From: a virus
Lineage: Duplodnaviria > Caudoviricetes
DNA: 52,723 bases
Strand: one strand, 5' to 3'
Virus record (IMG/VR): IMGVR_UViG_3300027759_000119
Coordinates: 1 to 52,723 of that record
In this document: in pieces, positions 29,395 through 39,152 of the stretch
How the letters are laid out: every line of letters starts with the position of its first letter
Position numbering within the stretch: position 1 is the stretch's first letter
Position numbers and translations under genes: made by a program
Notes under the pieces: model-generated
What the model was told of the DNA's origin: nothing
Seen by the model: the letters and a program-made list of their open reading frames with translations, nothing else
Databases searched by the model: none

Positions 29395-31182
29395 ATGGCA
29401 TATACAATCAATCTAACAGACGGCACAGTTTTTGCTACCATTGCTGATGGTACAATTAATACATCAAGTGCAATGATCTTGGTGGGCAAAAACTACGCTG
29501 GATACGGTGAATTTTTGGACGAAAACTTTATCCACTTGTTGGAAAATGGTTCAAATACCACTGCACCGGCATCTCCACTGACTGGTCAATTGTGGTGGGA
29601 TAAAACCAACAATTTGCTAAAAGTTTACAACGGTTCTATTTTCAAAACAATTAGTGCTGCTACGGCTTCCGCCAGCCAGCCAGCCAGCAATGTCACAGGT
29701 GATTTGTGGTACGACACTACCAATCAACAGTTGAAAGTATATACTGGTGCAAGCTTCTTGGTTGTGGGGCCTGGATATTCTCAAGCACAAGGTACGTCAG
29801 GTGCTATTCCTGAAACAATTTTAAACAACGTCGGTGCCACACGATACATTACTAGTTTGTATGTGAACAATGTGCGTGTGGCCATTGTTTATGATGGTGC
29901 AAGTTTTACTCCTGAAGCTGCATTGGTCACCGCTTTCCCAACTATTTTCCCTGGCATGACATTGAGTGCAAGTGTGTCCGGCGCAGTATTTGCTGGTAGT
30001 GCTACTAACGCACAGTTGTTAGACAGTCTAGACAGCAGTCAATTCATGCGCAGCGACACCAACACTTCCACAACTGGTGTGTTGCGTGTGCAAACCAATA
30101 CTGGCTTGTTTGTTGGGTCAGCCAACGTGTTCAACGTCAACACCACTACCACAGATGCCAACATCAAGAGCAATATTTCTGGTGGTAATTTAATCATACA
30201 AGCCAACGTTAGCGGCACAACATATACTGTGGCCACTGCATATGGTGCCAATGGCGTATTTGCTATTGCTAACGCTGCCACAGTGGGCACAACATTGGGC
30301 GTAACTGGCAACAGCTCAGGCGGCAATTTGACTACTGGCGGCCAGGTATCAGCAGTTGGTAATATTACCGGCGGTAATATTATCACCGGTGCATTGATGC
30401 AAGCCGCCACAATCAGTGCCACTGCCAACGTACAAGCAGGTAACTTGCGCACTGCTGGACAAGTAAGTGCAACTGGTAACATCACATCGGCTGCTAATAT
30501 TGCAGGTACTTATTTCTTGGGCAATGGTTCGCAACTGACAGGATTGAGTTTGGGGGTTAGTGTCACTAAATTTGTGAATGGAACCACAGAAGGCAATATT
30601 GGCGTGTCTGGAGGCAACGTTAATTTTGACGTAGGTGGTGTGGCCAACGTATTAGTGCTCACAACTGGTACTGCATATTTTGCCGGCAACGTCAGCACAA
30701 TTGGCATTGAGAAAACTGGCACAAACGCAATCGGTAATATTGGATCTAGTTCAAACTACTTCAACCGTGTGTTTGCCACTGCTACCACAGCATTGTACGC
30801 TGACGTTGCAGAACGCTTTGCTGCCGATGAGTTGTTGGAACCTGGCACAGTTGTGGAATTGGGCGGTGCTAAAGAAATTACCCGATCTACTGAAGATTTA
30901 AGTGAAAATGTATTTGGCGTTATAAGTACAAGACCGGCCTACACCATGAACGGCGGAGCCGGTGATGATGACACCCATCCAGCGGTTGCAATGACAGGTC
31001 GAGTTCCTGTAAAATGTGTGGGTACAATACGCAAAGGTGATCGACTTGTGAGTGCTGGTGAAGGTGTTGCAAGAGCAGCACAATCTGGTGAAGCCACAGC
31101 ATTCAACGTGATTGGCCGCTCACTGGAAAACAAACACACACCAGAACTAGGAACAATCGAAGCGATTGTAACGATCAAATAA
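29395..31182 (+). CDS. Tail fibre-like protein with a C-terminal intramolecular chaperone/autocleavage domain (Peptidase_G2-like)
   Basis: N-terminal LVGKNYAGYGEFLDENFIHLLEN..P..GQLWWD. GNITGGN-type repeats at about 30307-30500. C-terminal YADVAERF..EPGTVVELGG..VFGVIS..PA..VAMTGRVPVK..G.IRKGDRLVS. Confidence 0.75.
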   Translation: MAYTINLTDGTVFATIADGTINTSSAMILVGKNYAGYGEFLDENFIHLLENGSNTTAPASPLTGQLWWDKTNNLLKVYNGSIFKTISAATASASQPASNVTGDLWYDTTNQQLKVYTGASFLVVGPGYSQAQGTSGAIPETILNNVGATRYITSLYVNNVRVAIVYDGASFTPEAALVTAFPTIFPGMTLSASVSGAVFAGSATNAQLLDSLDSSQFMRSDTNTSTTGVLRVQTNTGLFVGSANVFNVNTTTTDANIKSNISGGNLIIQANVSGTTYTVATAYGANGVFAIANAATVGTTLGVTGNSSGGNLTTGGQVSAVGNITGGNIITGALMQAATISATANVQAGNLRTAGQVSATGNITSAANIAGTYFLGNGSQLTGLSLGVSVTKFVNGTTEGNIGVSGGNVNFDVGGVANVLVLTTGTAYFAGNVSTIGIEKTGTNAIGNIGSSSNYFNRVFATATTALYADVAERFAADELLEPGTVVELGGAKEITRSTEDLSENVFGVISTRPAYTMNGGAGDDDTHPAVAMTGRVPVKCVGTIRKGDRLVSAGEGVARAAQSGEATAFNVIGRSLENKHTPELGTIEAIVTIK

Positions 31183-31195
31183 TAGGGAACGAGAT

Positions 31196-32179
31196 ATGAC
31201 ATATTCAAGTGGCGGCTTAATTCAGGCAGCAGATTACAATGGTTTTGTAAGCACCAACGTTGGCGCCAATCTCAATGCGGTGTTGAACACAGCATACGGA
31301 CAAACTGCTGTTGCTACGGTGGCGGCGTTAGGCACGGTCAGTGCCACACAGTGGGCCAGTCTGGTCAACAGTACTGCCAGCATGGGCACACATACAAACA
31401 CTACAATCACTGCAAGATCGGCACCAGCTGCAGGACAAACCATCAACGTGTTGGCTGCTGTCAACACTGACTTGACCAACATTTACAACAATCGCTACAA
31501 TGCTTATGCAGTGGGCAGTCAATTTACAGGTTGGACCGGCACCAACTCAAAGACCTCACAAACTGGCACCGACGGTGGCGCAGTCTGGACTATTACATTT
31601 ACCAATGTGGTGACCTGGACCAGTTCTGCTGCCGCAACTTATTTTTTCAACGCCGGCGGTCTGATCAAAATTGACGTGGCAAAAAGTTCAACTGGACTTA
31701 CAGGTGATCCAGAGTGGAATGACTTGGCCACCACCTTGTGCGGTGACATTTGGATTTCTGGTCTGGCCACTAGTCATACCATTGCTGGTGTTGCATATAC
31801 TGGAACAACCAAAATTGGCGGGTCAGGTATTCCCAACACATTGAGCACAGGTACTGGTTGGGATGCATTGGTTGCTGGCGCTGCTGCTACTATTGTTTAC
31901 AAACAGTTTGCTGACACAGCGCCTTATACTTCAAACTATATTCAACACACTCTTGCAAAAAATGCTGCCAGTACTGCATTAACTATCACCACTACCTGGG
32001 TAGCAGCAGATACCAACGTACCTCCCACAGGTGGTACTGATCCAATTTCGGGCGGTACAGCCGCATCGGGTGCAACTCCTGGCACAGCACCTTGTACCAT
32101 TGTCACATACTATCCACCAGAAACAACCAATCTCTCCAATACCTGGGGCACACCCACTGTGGTTGCTTCAACAGCCTAA
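31196..32179 (+). CDS. Virion structural protein (Thr/Ala/Gly-rich, fibre-associated)
   Basis: MTYSSGGLIQAADYN N-terminus and YFFNAGG motif. It is the last gene of the late block, before the terminator. Confidence 0.65.
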   Translation: MTYSSGGLIQAADYNGFVSTNVGANLNAVLNTAYGQTAVATVAALGTVSATQWASLVNSTASMGTHTNTTITARSAPAAGQTINVLAAVNTDLTNIYNNRYNAYAVGSQFTGWTGTNSKTSQTGTDGGAVWTITFTNVVTWTSSAAATYFFNAGGLIKIDVAKSSTGLTGDPEWNDLATTLCGDIWISGLATSHTIAGVAYTGTTKIGGSGIPNTLSTGTGWDALVAGAAATIVYKQFADTAPYTSNYIQHTLAKNAASTALTITTTWVAADTNVPPTGGTDPISGGTAASGATPGTAPCTIVTYYPPETTNLSNTWGTPTVVASTA

Positions 32180-32182
32180 CCA

Positions 32183-32212
32183 AAAGGGGCAACAGCCCCT
32201 TTACTTTTCTTT
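32183..32212 (+). terminator. Rho-independent terminator ending the late structural block
   Basis: AAAGGGGC-AACA-GCCCCTTT hairpin followed by a T-rich tract (ACTTTTCTTT). Confidence 0.85.
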
Positions 32213-32228
32213 GCTTTCCCTGTATAAT
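32200..32228 (+). promoter_or_regulatory. Sigma70-type promoter for the enzyme island
   Basis: TTTACT-17 nt-TATAAT. The -10 box ends 5 nt before the ATG at 32234 and there is no Shine-Dalgarno, which suggests a leaderless transcript. Confidence 0.6.
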
Positions 32229-32233
32229 GCATT

Positions 32234-32542
32234 ATGAATACTGATGCCTTGGTTGCTCACGCACGAGCAAGATTTGATCATGCAGCCGCACGCCGGGTGC
32301 TAAAAGAAAAATACGAAGCACGAATGGTGTTTGCCCACGGGGGTGGGATGTGGCGAGCAGGACCAGAATTACTGACTGTGCTGTTGGCCTGCGCACAAGA
32401 CAAGGATGTTGTGATACTAGACCTGTATGAGACTCCGGTGCAGATCACGGTAACAGACTTGTTTGCTAAGGCGCACGAGCGTTGGCAAGAACAAATGAAT
32501 GCATGGCAGGTGGAATGGCAAGAACTAAACAAAAAACGCTGA
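32234..32542 (+). CDS. Hypothetical protein (102 aa), first gene of the enzyme island
   Basis: Clean ORF downstream of the promoter. Its stop overlaps the next gene. Confidence 0.7.
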   Translation: MNTDALVAHARARFDHAAARRVLKEKYEARMVFAHGGGMWRAGPELLTVLLACAQDKDVVILDLYETPVQITVTDLFAKAHERWQEQMNAWQVEWQELNKKR

Positions 32543-33333
32543 GTCAAGGTGTGTTAATCTTTGCTTTCAACAATGAAGCAACAGATTACATTGCCATGGC
32601 TGCATGGTCGGCTAAAAACATTCGCAGGCATTTGAACTTGCCCGTGGCTGTGGTCACAGACAATCCTGCGGCTGCCGCACAGCACAAATTTGAACACATC
32701 ATTGCCACTGTAGCAGACACTGGTGGTACAAGACACTTTGCGGATTACAATGCCAACGTGACTTGGCACAATGCCGGACGTATCAATGCCTATGAACTGT
32801 CACCATTTGACCAAACCTTAGTACTGGATGCTGACTATGTGATAGCCAGTGATCGATTATTGGAAGTACTAACAATACCACAACAGTTTGCAGCCTTCAA
32901 AGATGGATTTGACCCCAGCAGTACGACCATGCTTGAAACATTTGGTGCGTACGATATGCCCATGTGGTGGGCCACCGTAATGATGTTCCGACGTGGCAAT
33001 ATCAGCCAATACATATTTGATTCAATGCAAATGATACGCAACAACTGGCAGCACTATCGAGACTTGTATGGCATACATCAAAGCAACTATCGCAATGACT
33101 ATGCCCTGAGTATTGCTCTAGGCTTGGTAGCAGGGGCTGAACAATCAGTGCATGACATATTTTTTCCCATGCTCAATGTCATGCCAGATCATGGATTGAC
33201 TTGGGTGGAACAAGATCATTATGAAATTGAATACACCAATACTGAAGGTAGACGGAAAACTTTGAGTTGGGCTGGATTAGACTTTCATGCCATGTGCAAA
33301 AAACACCTGGAGGTGATAGTTGCAGCCCATTGA
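32515..33333 (+). CDS. GT-A fold glycosyltransferase, GT8-like (start uncertain: 32482, 32515 or 32539)
   Basis: GVLIFAFN..DYIAMA..SA..IR..LPVAVVTD and YELSPFDQTLVLDADY (DxD motif), followed by RNDYALSIA. Confidence 0.7.
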   Translation: MARTKQKTLSQGVLIFAFNNEATDYIAMAAWSAKNIRRHLNLPVAVVTDNPAAAAQHKFEHIIATVADTGGTRHFADYNANVTWHNAGRINAYELSPFDQTLVLDADYVIASDRLLEVLTIPQQFAAFKDGFDPSSTTMLETFGAYDMPMWWATVMMFRRGNISQYIFDSMQMIRNNWQHYRDLYGIHQSNYRNDYALSIALGLVAGAEQSVHDIFFPMLNVMPDHGLTWVEQDHYEIEYTNTEGRRKTLSWAGLDFHAMCKKHLEVIVAAH

Positions 33334-34087
33334 CGAACAAGGTTATGTGATTGTTGCAGTCAACAGCGACACTGTGGATTATTTGGACTGTGCTAAAACT
33401 CTGGCCAAGACCATACGCTACTGGGATCCATCAGCACGAATCTGTTTGATCACAGATAGCTCTTATACAGATCCCTTTTACGATCACTACAGACAACTTG
33501 TGCCACAGGAGAATCCTTATGCCAATGATGCACAACTGTTCAAGCTCACACCATTTCGTGAAACTATCAAACTAGAAGCAGACATGTTTGTTGTATCACC
33601 TATCTCTCATTGGTGGGATCAGTTTAGACACAGAGATGTTGTAGTATCAACTGGTTGTAGAGATTGGCAAGACAACGTCAGCACAGCAAGAAACTATCGC
33701 CGTGTGTTTGATGCCAACAACTTGCCCGATGTTTACAATGCCATTACTTACTGGCGGCGCAGTGAAACTGCCCGAGAGTTTTTTGGCTGGGTAGGCAACA
33801 TATTTGCCAATTGGGCAGAGTTTCGAAAACTCATAAAGTTTCCTGATGAAACACCGTCTACTGATCTTGTGTATGCCATGGCAGCAGAGATCATGGGTCG
33901 GGATCGTGTGACCATGCCATTCAGCACATATCCAAAAATAGTGCATATGAAACGACACATAACAGGAACTGCCACTGAAGCCTGGACCAAGGAACTAGTT
34001 TGGGAATATCAAGACATGCGCCTGCGTATACAAACTGTGGCGCAGACAGGTGCGTTTCATTACAATGTCAAAGAATGGCGAGCATGA
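33320..34087 (+). CDS. GT-A fold glycosyltransferase-like paralogue (GT8-like, ExD variant)
   Basis: GYVIVAVN..DYLDCA..LA..IR..ICLITD and LTPFRETIKLEADM align with the preceding gene. TTG start after GGAGG. Confidence 0.65.
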   Translation: MQPIDEQGYVIVAVNSDTVDYLDCAKTLAKTIRYWDPSARICLITDSSYTDPFYDHYRQLVPQENPYANDAQLFKLTPFRETIKLEADMFVVSPISHWWDQFRHRDVVVSTGCRDWQDNVSTARNYRRVFDANNLPDVYNAITYWRRSETAREFFGWVGNIFANWAEFRKLIKFPDETPSTDLVYAMAAEIMGRDRVTMPFSTYPKIVHMKRHITGTATEAWTKELVWEYQDMRLRIQTVAQTGAFHYNVKEWRA

Positions 34088-34419
34088 CACCCGAAGATTT
34101 TTGGTCAATACTGCACAATATACCAGATCCCAAACCAGTGTTTTATCGCTTGTATCATGATGGTCAAGGACACCCGCTATTCTACAGCATGGAGGATCAG
34201 CCTGGTACATACATTGAGATTGACCAAGAGACTTTTGCTCATAACGCCATGAATGTGCGTGTTCGCAATGGCAAGTTAGTAGAAGTAGTCTGGTCAATAA
34301 CTACAAAACTGGTCCCTGGCAACTCTGGATCCCCTTGTCATCCTGACAATGTCGCTGTAATCGTTGCTGAGGACCAACCTCATATTCGCTGGAGCAAGCA
34401 AACATATGAATCAAATTGA
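34084..34419 (+). CDS. Hypothetical protein (111 aa)
   Basis: The likely start MTPEDFWS at 34084 overlaps the upstream stop by ATGA. The ORF track extends it to 34000. Confidence 0.65.
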   Translation: MTPEDFWSILHNIPDPKPVFYRLYHDGQGHPLFYSMEDQPGTYIEIDQETFAHNAMNVRVRNGKLVEVVWSITTKLVPGNSGSPCHPDNVAVIVAEDQPHIRWSKQTYESN

Positions 34420-35332
34420 CATTGCAGACTTGGACTGCATATACTTGAGTTACGACGAGCCCGAAAAAGAAGAATTCTGGGTTCGAATCAAAAACATGGT
34501 GCCCTGGGCCACGCGAGTAGATGGCATCAAAGGATCAGATGCCGCACACAAGGCCGCGGCCGCTGCCAGCACCACTGAACGTTTTATACTCATTGACGGT
34601 GACAACATTCCTGATGCTGCCTTTTTCAATCAAACCTTGACATTCTCTACCCCTGACTGGGAACAAGCGGTGTTTCGTTGGCGAGCAAGAAATCACATCA
34701 ATGGCTTAATGTACGGCAATGGCGGATTGAGTTCATGGACACGTGAGTTTGTGTTCAACATGCGCACACACGAAGCCACAGACGGACGTGCAGAAACTGA
34801 AGTGGAGTTTTGTTTTGATCCCTTGTATTGGGCCATGTATGACTGTTACTCAACCACATATCCCAATGGATCTGCATTTCAGGCCTGGCGTGCCGGCTTC
34901 CGGGAAGGGGTAAAAATGTGCTTGAATAAAGGCGCACGACCCACAGTGGAAGAGTTTCAACAACAGGTGCATCAACGTAACTTGGATCATTTGACCATAT
35001 GGCATAACATTGGTGCTGATGTCAACAATGGACCCTGGGCCATAGCTGGCGCCAGACAGGGCACATACATGACCATGCTCACAAACTGGGATCATCGTGA
35101 AGTGCAAGATTTTGATGCCTTGGCAGAAATATGGAACACAGTTAAAGATGCAGAACCAAGATTGTTGGGCGGGCGTGTAGCAGATGAGTTGCATGGTCAG
35201 TTGGACTTGCCCATGGCCATCTTTGAAGGTGAACAAAGCCGATTCTTCAAACAACATTACCGATCAAACTGGTCGAACCGTGGCATCATGGTGAGAGAGA
35301 TTGATGTGATCCGCCAACAAGAAGGCTGGTAA
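34406..35332 (+). CDS. GT-A/GT2-like glycosyltransferase of phage type
   Basis: DCIYLSYDEP, RVDGIKGSDAAHKAAA, FILIDGDN (DxD), NGLMYGNGG and AWRAGFREGVKM. Start at MNQID after a GGAG. Confidence 0.65.
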   Translation: MNQIDIADLDCIYLSYDEPEKEEFWVRIKNMVPWATRVDGIKGSDAAHKAAAAASTTERFILIDGDNIPDAAFFNQTLTFSTPDWEQAVFRWRARNHINGLMYGNGGLSSWTREFVFNMRTHEATDGRAETEVEFCFDPLYWAMYDCYSTTYPNGSAFQAWRAGFREGVKMCLNKGARPTVEEFQQQVHQRNLDHLTIWHNIGADVNNGPWAIAGARQGTYMTMLTNWDHREVQDFDALAEIWNTVKDAEPRLLGGRVADELHGQLDLPMAIFEGEQSRFFKQHYRSNWSNRGIMVREIDVIRQQEGW

Positions 35333-36729
35333 TGAACAAAGGTGATGAGTTAGTAGGAACCAAAAGCAAGTTCTTGAACTCTGCGGAACACATGAAAGAG
35401 CAATTGGGTCCTGCACTTTGTCTGGCCAAATGGAAGCAAGTGAGTTTGCATCTGACAACAGGTCTCAACAATAGTTGTTATCATCCGCCGTTGCATCCTA
35501 TTGATCCCGAAACAATAAAGATCGATCCTTCTGCACTACACAACACTGGGTTTAAAAAAACACAACGGAAAATCATGCTCAAGCAAGAGCAGCCCTCAGA
35601 ATGCTCTTACTGTTGGAACATGGAGAACGAAGGTAAGTTAAGTGACCGACACTATCGTTCAGGTGAGCCTTGGGCCGTAGCGGATTTTGAAAAGATAAAG
35701 AATAGCACAGGAGAAGAAAATGTCATTCCCAGTTATGTTGAAGTTAATTTTAATCACGCTTGCAATCTGCGGTGTAGTTATTGCAGCCCTCAGTTTAGTA
35801 GTTCATGGGCAGATGAAGTCGCTAGACATGGAGCATATCCTACCTTGGTGCCTCATAATGCTCCTGAGCATTTTGCTGGCAGCCGTGGTCCTATTCCCGT
35901 TCGAGAATCAAACCCCTATGTTGACGCCTTCTGGGCCTGGTGGCCAGACCTGTATCCTCACCTAGAACATTTTCGCATGACTGGTGGTGAGCCACTCATG
36001 GATAAAAATACCTATCGTGTGTTTGACTATGTACTGGAGAATCCCAGCCCCAAGTTACATTTGAATGTCACAAGCAACTTTTCAGTAGATGAAAAGTCAT
36101 GGCAAAAGTATTTGAGTTATGTCAAACAAATATGTGATGGCCGTATTGAACATTTCATGCAGTATGTGAGTCTGGATGGCTGGGGAGAACAGGCAGAATA
36201 CATGCGCAATGGACTAGACTTTGATCTGTTGTGGGATCGAGTAAACCAGTTCCTCACAGAAGTGCCCAACTACTCAAGTCTTACGTTTATTATCACAATG
36301 AACAATTTGAGTGTGACCAGTTTGGACAAACTGTTTGCTGGCATCTTGGGCTTGAGAAAAGTATACAGCAACACTTATCAACGTGTGTGGTTTGACACAC
36401 CGGTGTTGCGCGAGCCAGCGTGGCAAAGCCTACAAATCTTGCCCGAAAGTTACGCAGAGAAATTGGAATGGTTGTGGGCCTGGATGGTACGACAGATTGA
36501 AACAGAAGAAGTACCGTTTAAAGGATTTAAAGACTATGAACTGCATAGACTGGACCGTGACATCGCCTGGATGAGATCGGCACAGTTGACAGATCACAGT
36601 CGTGCAAAAGCAGACTTTTATCGTTTCTTCAGTGAACATGATCGTCGTCGCGGCACAGACTTCTTAAAGACATTTCCAGAGATGCGGTCATGGTGGGAGG
36701 AGTGTGCGTATCATGCTAGGCAATCGTAA
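35332..36729 (+). CDS. Radical SAM enzyme 1 with N-terminal twitch/SPASM-like domain
   Basis: CNLRCSYC (CxxxCxxC) and TGGEP. N-terminal CLAKW..NSCYHP..CSYCW. Confidence 0.92.
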   Translation: MNKGDELVGTKSKFLNSAEHMKEQLGPALCLAKWKQVSLHLTTGLNNSCYHPPLHPIDPETIKIDPSALHNTGFKKTQRKIMLKQEQPSECSYCWNMENEGKLSDRHYRSGEPWAVADFEKIKNSTGEENVIPSYVEVNFNHACNLRCSYCSPQFSSSWADEVARHGAYPTLVPHNAPEHFAGSRGPIPVRESNPYVDAFWAWWPDLYPHLEHFRMTGGEPLMDKNTYRVFDYVLENPSPKLHLNVTSNFSVDEKSWQKYLSYVKQICDGRIEHFMQYVSLDGWGEQAEYMRNGLDFDLLWDRVNQFLTEVPNYSSLTFIITMNNLSVTSLDKLFAGILGLRKVYSNTYQRVWFDTPVLREPAWQSLQILPESYAEKLEWLWAWMVRQIETEEVPFKGFKDYELHRLDRDIAWMRSAQLTDHSRAKADFYRFFSEHDRRRGTDFLKTFPEMRSWWEECAYHARQS

Positions 36730-37816
36730 AATCATTGTGGACGAGTGGGCCGAAGTATGGGACTTGCTCAAGCCCTATGCTGATGGCAGTTTCTGGCAGT
36801 GGTCAGATGTTGTACTTGATCCCAACAACGTGTATATTGTTGGACGTGTGATACTAAAAAACAACTGGACAGCAATAACGGAATGGGCCCAACAGTACCC
36901 GAGCCGTATAGTATTTTCCAATCCTGCCGAGGGCAGTGAAACCATACTGTTACAACTCACACGCCTGCGCATCAAAGAACAAGTTCGCCGAGGTGAAATT
37001 TTACTACTGACATCTGGGAACTTAGAACCAGGCTGGAATTATTGTAAAACCGACTGCTACTTCTCCAATATTGTAGAATACTTGGAAAACTTACGTGCGC
37101 ACGAGTCTTACCCTGACGTGTATCACAAACAAAACAAGCCATATGACTTTCTATTCCTAAACGGACGACTGCGTCCACATCGCAAGTATTTGATAGATGC
37201 CATGCGTGATCGACAGTTATTGAATCGAGCACTGTGGACCAATCTCAATGACCGTGTGGAAATGGCCTGGAGTAGTAGTCTACAAACTGACAACTCTGAA
37301 CCCATACGATTGTTGCCGCTGCAATACGAAATTGATCGTGCTTTACCCAATATGAGCACAGTGCCCACAGGATTTGTAAAACATCATTTGTTTGACAATA
37401 CCTGGGGCGATGCTGAAATCAATCCTGCTGCCTACATTGACACCTACTTCAGTGTGGTAACAGAAACCATATTTGATTACCCGTATACGTTTCGTACAGA
37501 AAAGATCTGGAAGCCCATGATCATGGGCCATCCGTTTGTGGCCGCTGCCAATCGTGGATACTATAAGGATTTACACTCAGCAGGATTCCAAACATTTGGA
37601 AATCTAATCGACGAAAGTTTTGATCAGATAGACGATCCACGAGATCGTGCCAACAGAATAGTTGACGTGGTAGCAGATATATGTTATAATGGTGCTGCCA
37701 GTTTCTTGGAGTCAGCCAGATCCGTTTGTAAATACAACTATCAACAACTTCGCGAACACAATCGTCGTGAACGTGCAGAACTACCCAAACGACTGGCCCA
37801 ATACATCAATGAATGA
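36713..37816 (+). CDS. Glycosyltransferase-like protein, paralogue A (GT10/GT-B-like TEK motif)
   Basis: FLFLNGRLRPHR and FSVVTET..RTEKIWKPMIMGHPF..GFQTF..IDESFD. Start at ATG 36713 after GGAGGAG. Confidence 0.5.
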   Translation: MLGNRKIIVDEWAEVWDLLKPYADGSFWQWSDVVLDPNNVYIVGRVILKNNWTAITEWAQQYPSRIVFSNPAEGSETILLQLTRLRIKEQVRRGEILLLTSGNLEPGWNYCKTDCYFSNIVEYLENLRAHESYPDVYHKQNKPYDFLFLNGRLRPHRKYLIDAMRDRQLLNRALWTNLNDRVEMAWSSSLQTDNSEPIRLLPLQYEIDRALPNMSTVPTGFVKHHLFDNTWGDAEINPAAYIDTYFSVVTETIFDYPYTFRTEKIWKPMIMGHPFVAAANRGYYKDLHSAGFQTFGNLIDESFDQIDDPRDRANRIVDVVADICYNGAASFLESARSVCKYNYQQLREHNRRERAELPKRLAQYINE

Positions 37817-39152
37817 TTTAGAATTTAAACAACAGGTCTTGGACCCGTTATCCACAAGTTTTTGTGCAGCGAAGTGGTACAATGCTACCATTTGGTTAGG
37901 AAGTGGGCAGACCACAAGTTGCCATCACCCGCCAGCTCATTTGATTGACGTTGATAAAGTCAATAACAACTCTAGGCTGCTGCACAATACTGATCAGAAA
38001 AAAGAAGACCGGCGTAAAATGTTAGCCGGCAAACGTCCAGCAGGCTGTGAATACTGCTGGAAGATTGAAGACATGCACACTGATGCAGTATCAGACCGTG
38101 TGTATAAAAGTAAAATTTATCCCATAGAGGCCTTACATGAAGCAGTTAAAACTCCCGTTGAACATGATGTCAATCTTAGAACTCTTGAAATCAGTTTCGA
38201 TAGGACTTGTCAATTTGCTTGTTCTTATTGCAATCCTGCTTTTAGTTCCACTTGGGTCAATGATATACGCCGGCATGGACCCTACAACGGGTTGGTTAGC
38301 GATGGTAGGAACCATTTTACTCACACTCATGATAGTAGTCAACTTTATAAATTCGGTGAGACTAATCCTTACGTGGAAGCCTTCTTTGACTGGTGGGAAC
38401 GAGATCTCCACAGAACACTGCAAGAACTCCGAATAACTGGTGGCGAACCACTAATGTCAGGATATACCTGGAAACTGATTGAATGGTTTAAGACCAACCA
38501 AGGACGTAGCAGTACCCGATTGGCAATCAATTCGAATCTTGGCATTGACATGGACAAGATCAAAGACTTTGCTGTGGCCATTGCCACATTGCCCAAGGTG
38601 GATTTGTATACCTCAATGGAAGCTACATGGGCGCAAGCAGAATACATTAGAGATGGACTAGACTATGATCAATGGTTGAACAATGTGTTGTTTTTGTTGG
38701 AAGGCAGATTTGTTAGTGCCGTGCATGTGATGTGTACCATCAATGCATTGTGCTTGGATAGTATTGTGGATCATCTCAACATGATGCTGAGTTTGAAACA
38801 ACGCTATGGACGTGACAAAATAAACTTTACATTGAATATCTTGCGTTTCCCCAGTTTTCAAAGCGCCCTAGTATTGCCTGATCACATACGCAATGGTTAT
38901 CGTTTGCAGTTGGAATCTTGGTTGTTTCACAATAGAGAAAATCCTTGTTTGCATGAACATGAAGTCAATCATGTGCAACGACTGATTGATTACTTGGATG
39001 TGGTAAAAACTCCACACAGTGAAGCATTTGACATGCCCAAGTTATTGAATGACTTTAAACAGTTCTATACGCAATATGACCAACGCAGAGACAAAGTCTT
39101 TGCCAGGGCATTTCCTAACTTAACAGAATGGTATGACTCAATACAAGTATAA
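37809..39152 (+). CDS. Radical SAM enzyme 2 with N-terminal twitch domain
   Basis: CQFACSYC and TGGEP. N-terminal FCAAKW..TSCHHP..CEYCW. The probable start is MNDLEF at 37809. Confidence 0.92.
   Translation: MNDLEFKQQVLDPLSTSFCAAKWYNATIWLGSGQTTSCHHPPAHLIDVDKVNNNSRLLHNTDQKKEDRRKMLAGKRPAGCEYCWKIEDMHTDAVSDRVYKSKIYPIEALHEAVKTPVEHDVNLRTLEISFDRTCQFACSYCNPAFSSTWVNDIRRHGPYNGLVSDGRNHFTHTHDSSQLYKFGETNPYVEAFFDWWERDLHRTLQELRITGGEPLMSGYTWKLIEWFKTNQGRSSTRLAINSNLGIDMDKIKDFAVAIATLPKVDLYTSMEATWAQAEYIRDGLDYDQWLNNVLFLLEGRFVSAVHVMCTINALCLDSIVDHLNMMLSLKQRYGRDKINFTLNILRFPSFQSALVLPDHIRNGYRLQLESWLFHNRENPCLHEHEVNHVQRLIDYLDVVKTPHSEAFDMPKLLNDFKQFYTQYDQRRDKVFARAFPNLTEWYDSIQV

Noticed and set aside
1391-31522. Many 60-226 aa minus-strand ORFs within the structural genes (e.g. 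7726-8406, 5654-6238, 6744-7274)
   Set aside because: They are antisense shadows of long genes with recognisable motifs, and have no RBS or family motifs of their own.
32482-37808. ORF-track starts at 32482, 34000, 34364, 36704 and 37689
   Set aside because: Most create long overlaps with upstream genes. Downstream starts with an RBS or stop-start coupling (32515/32539, 34084, 34406, 36713, 37809) fit better.
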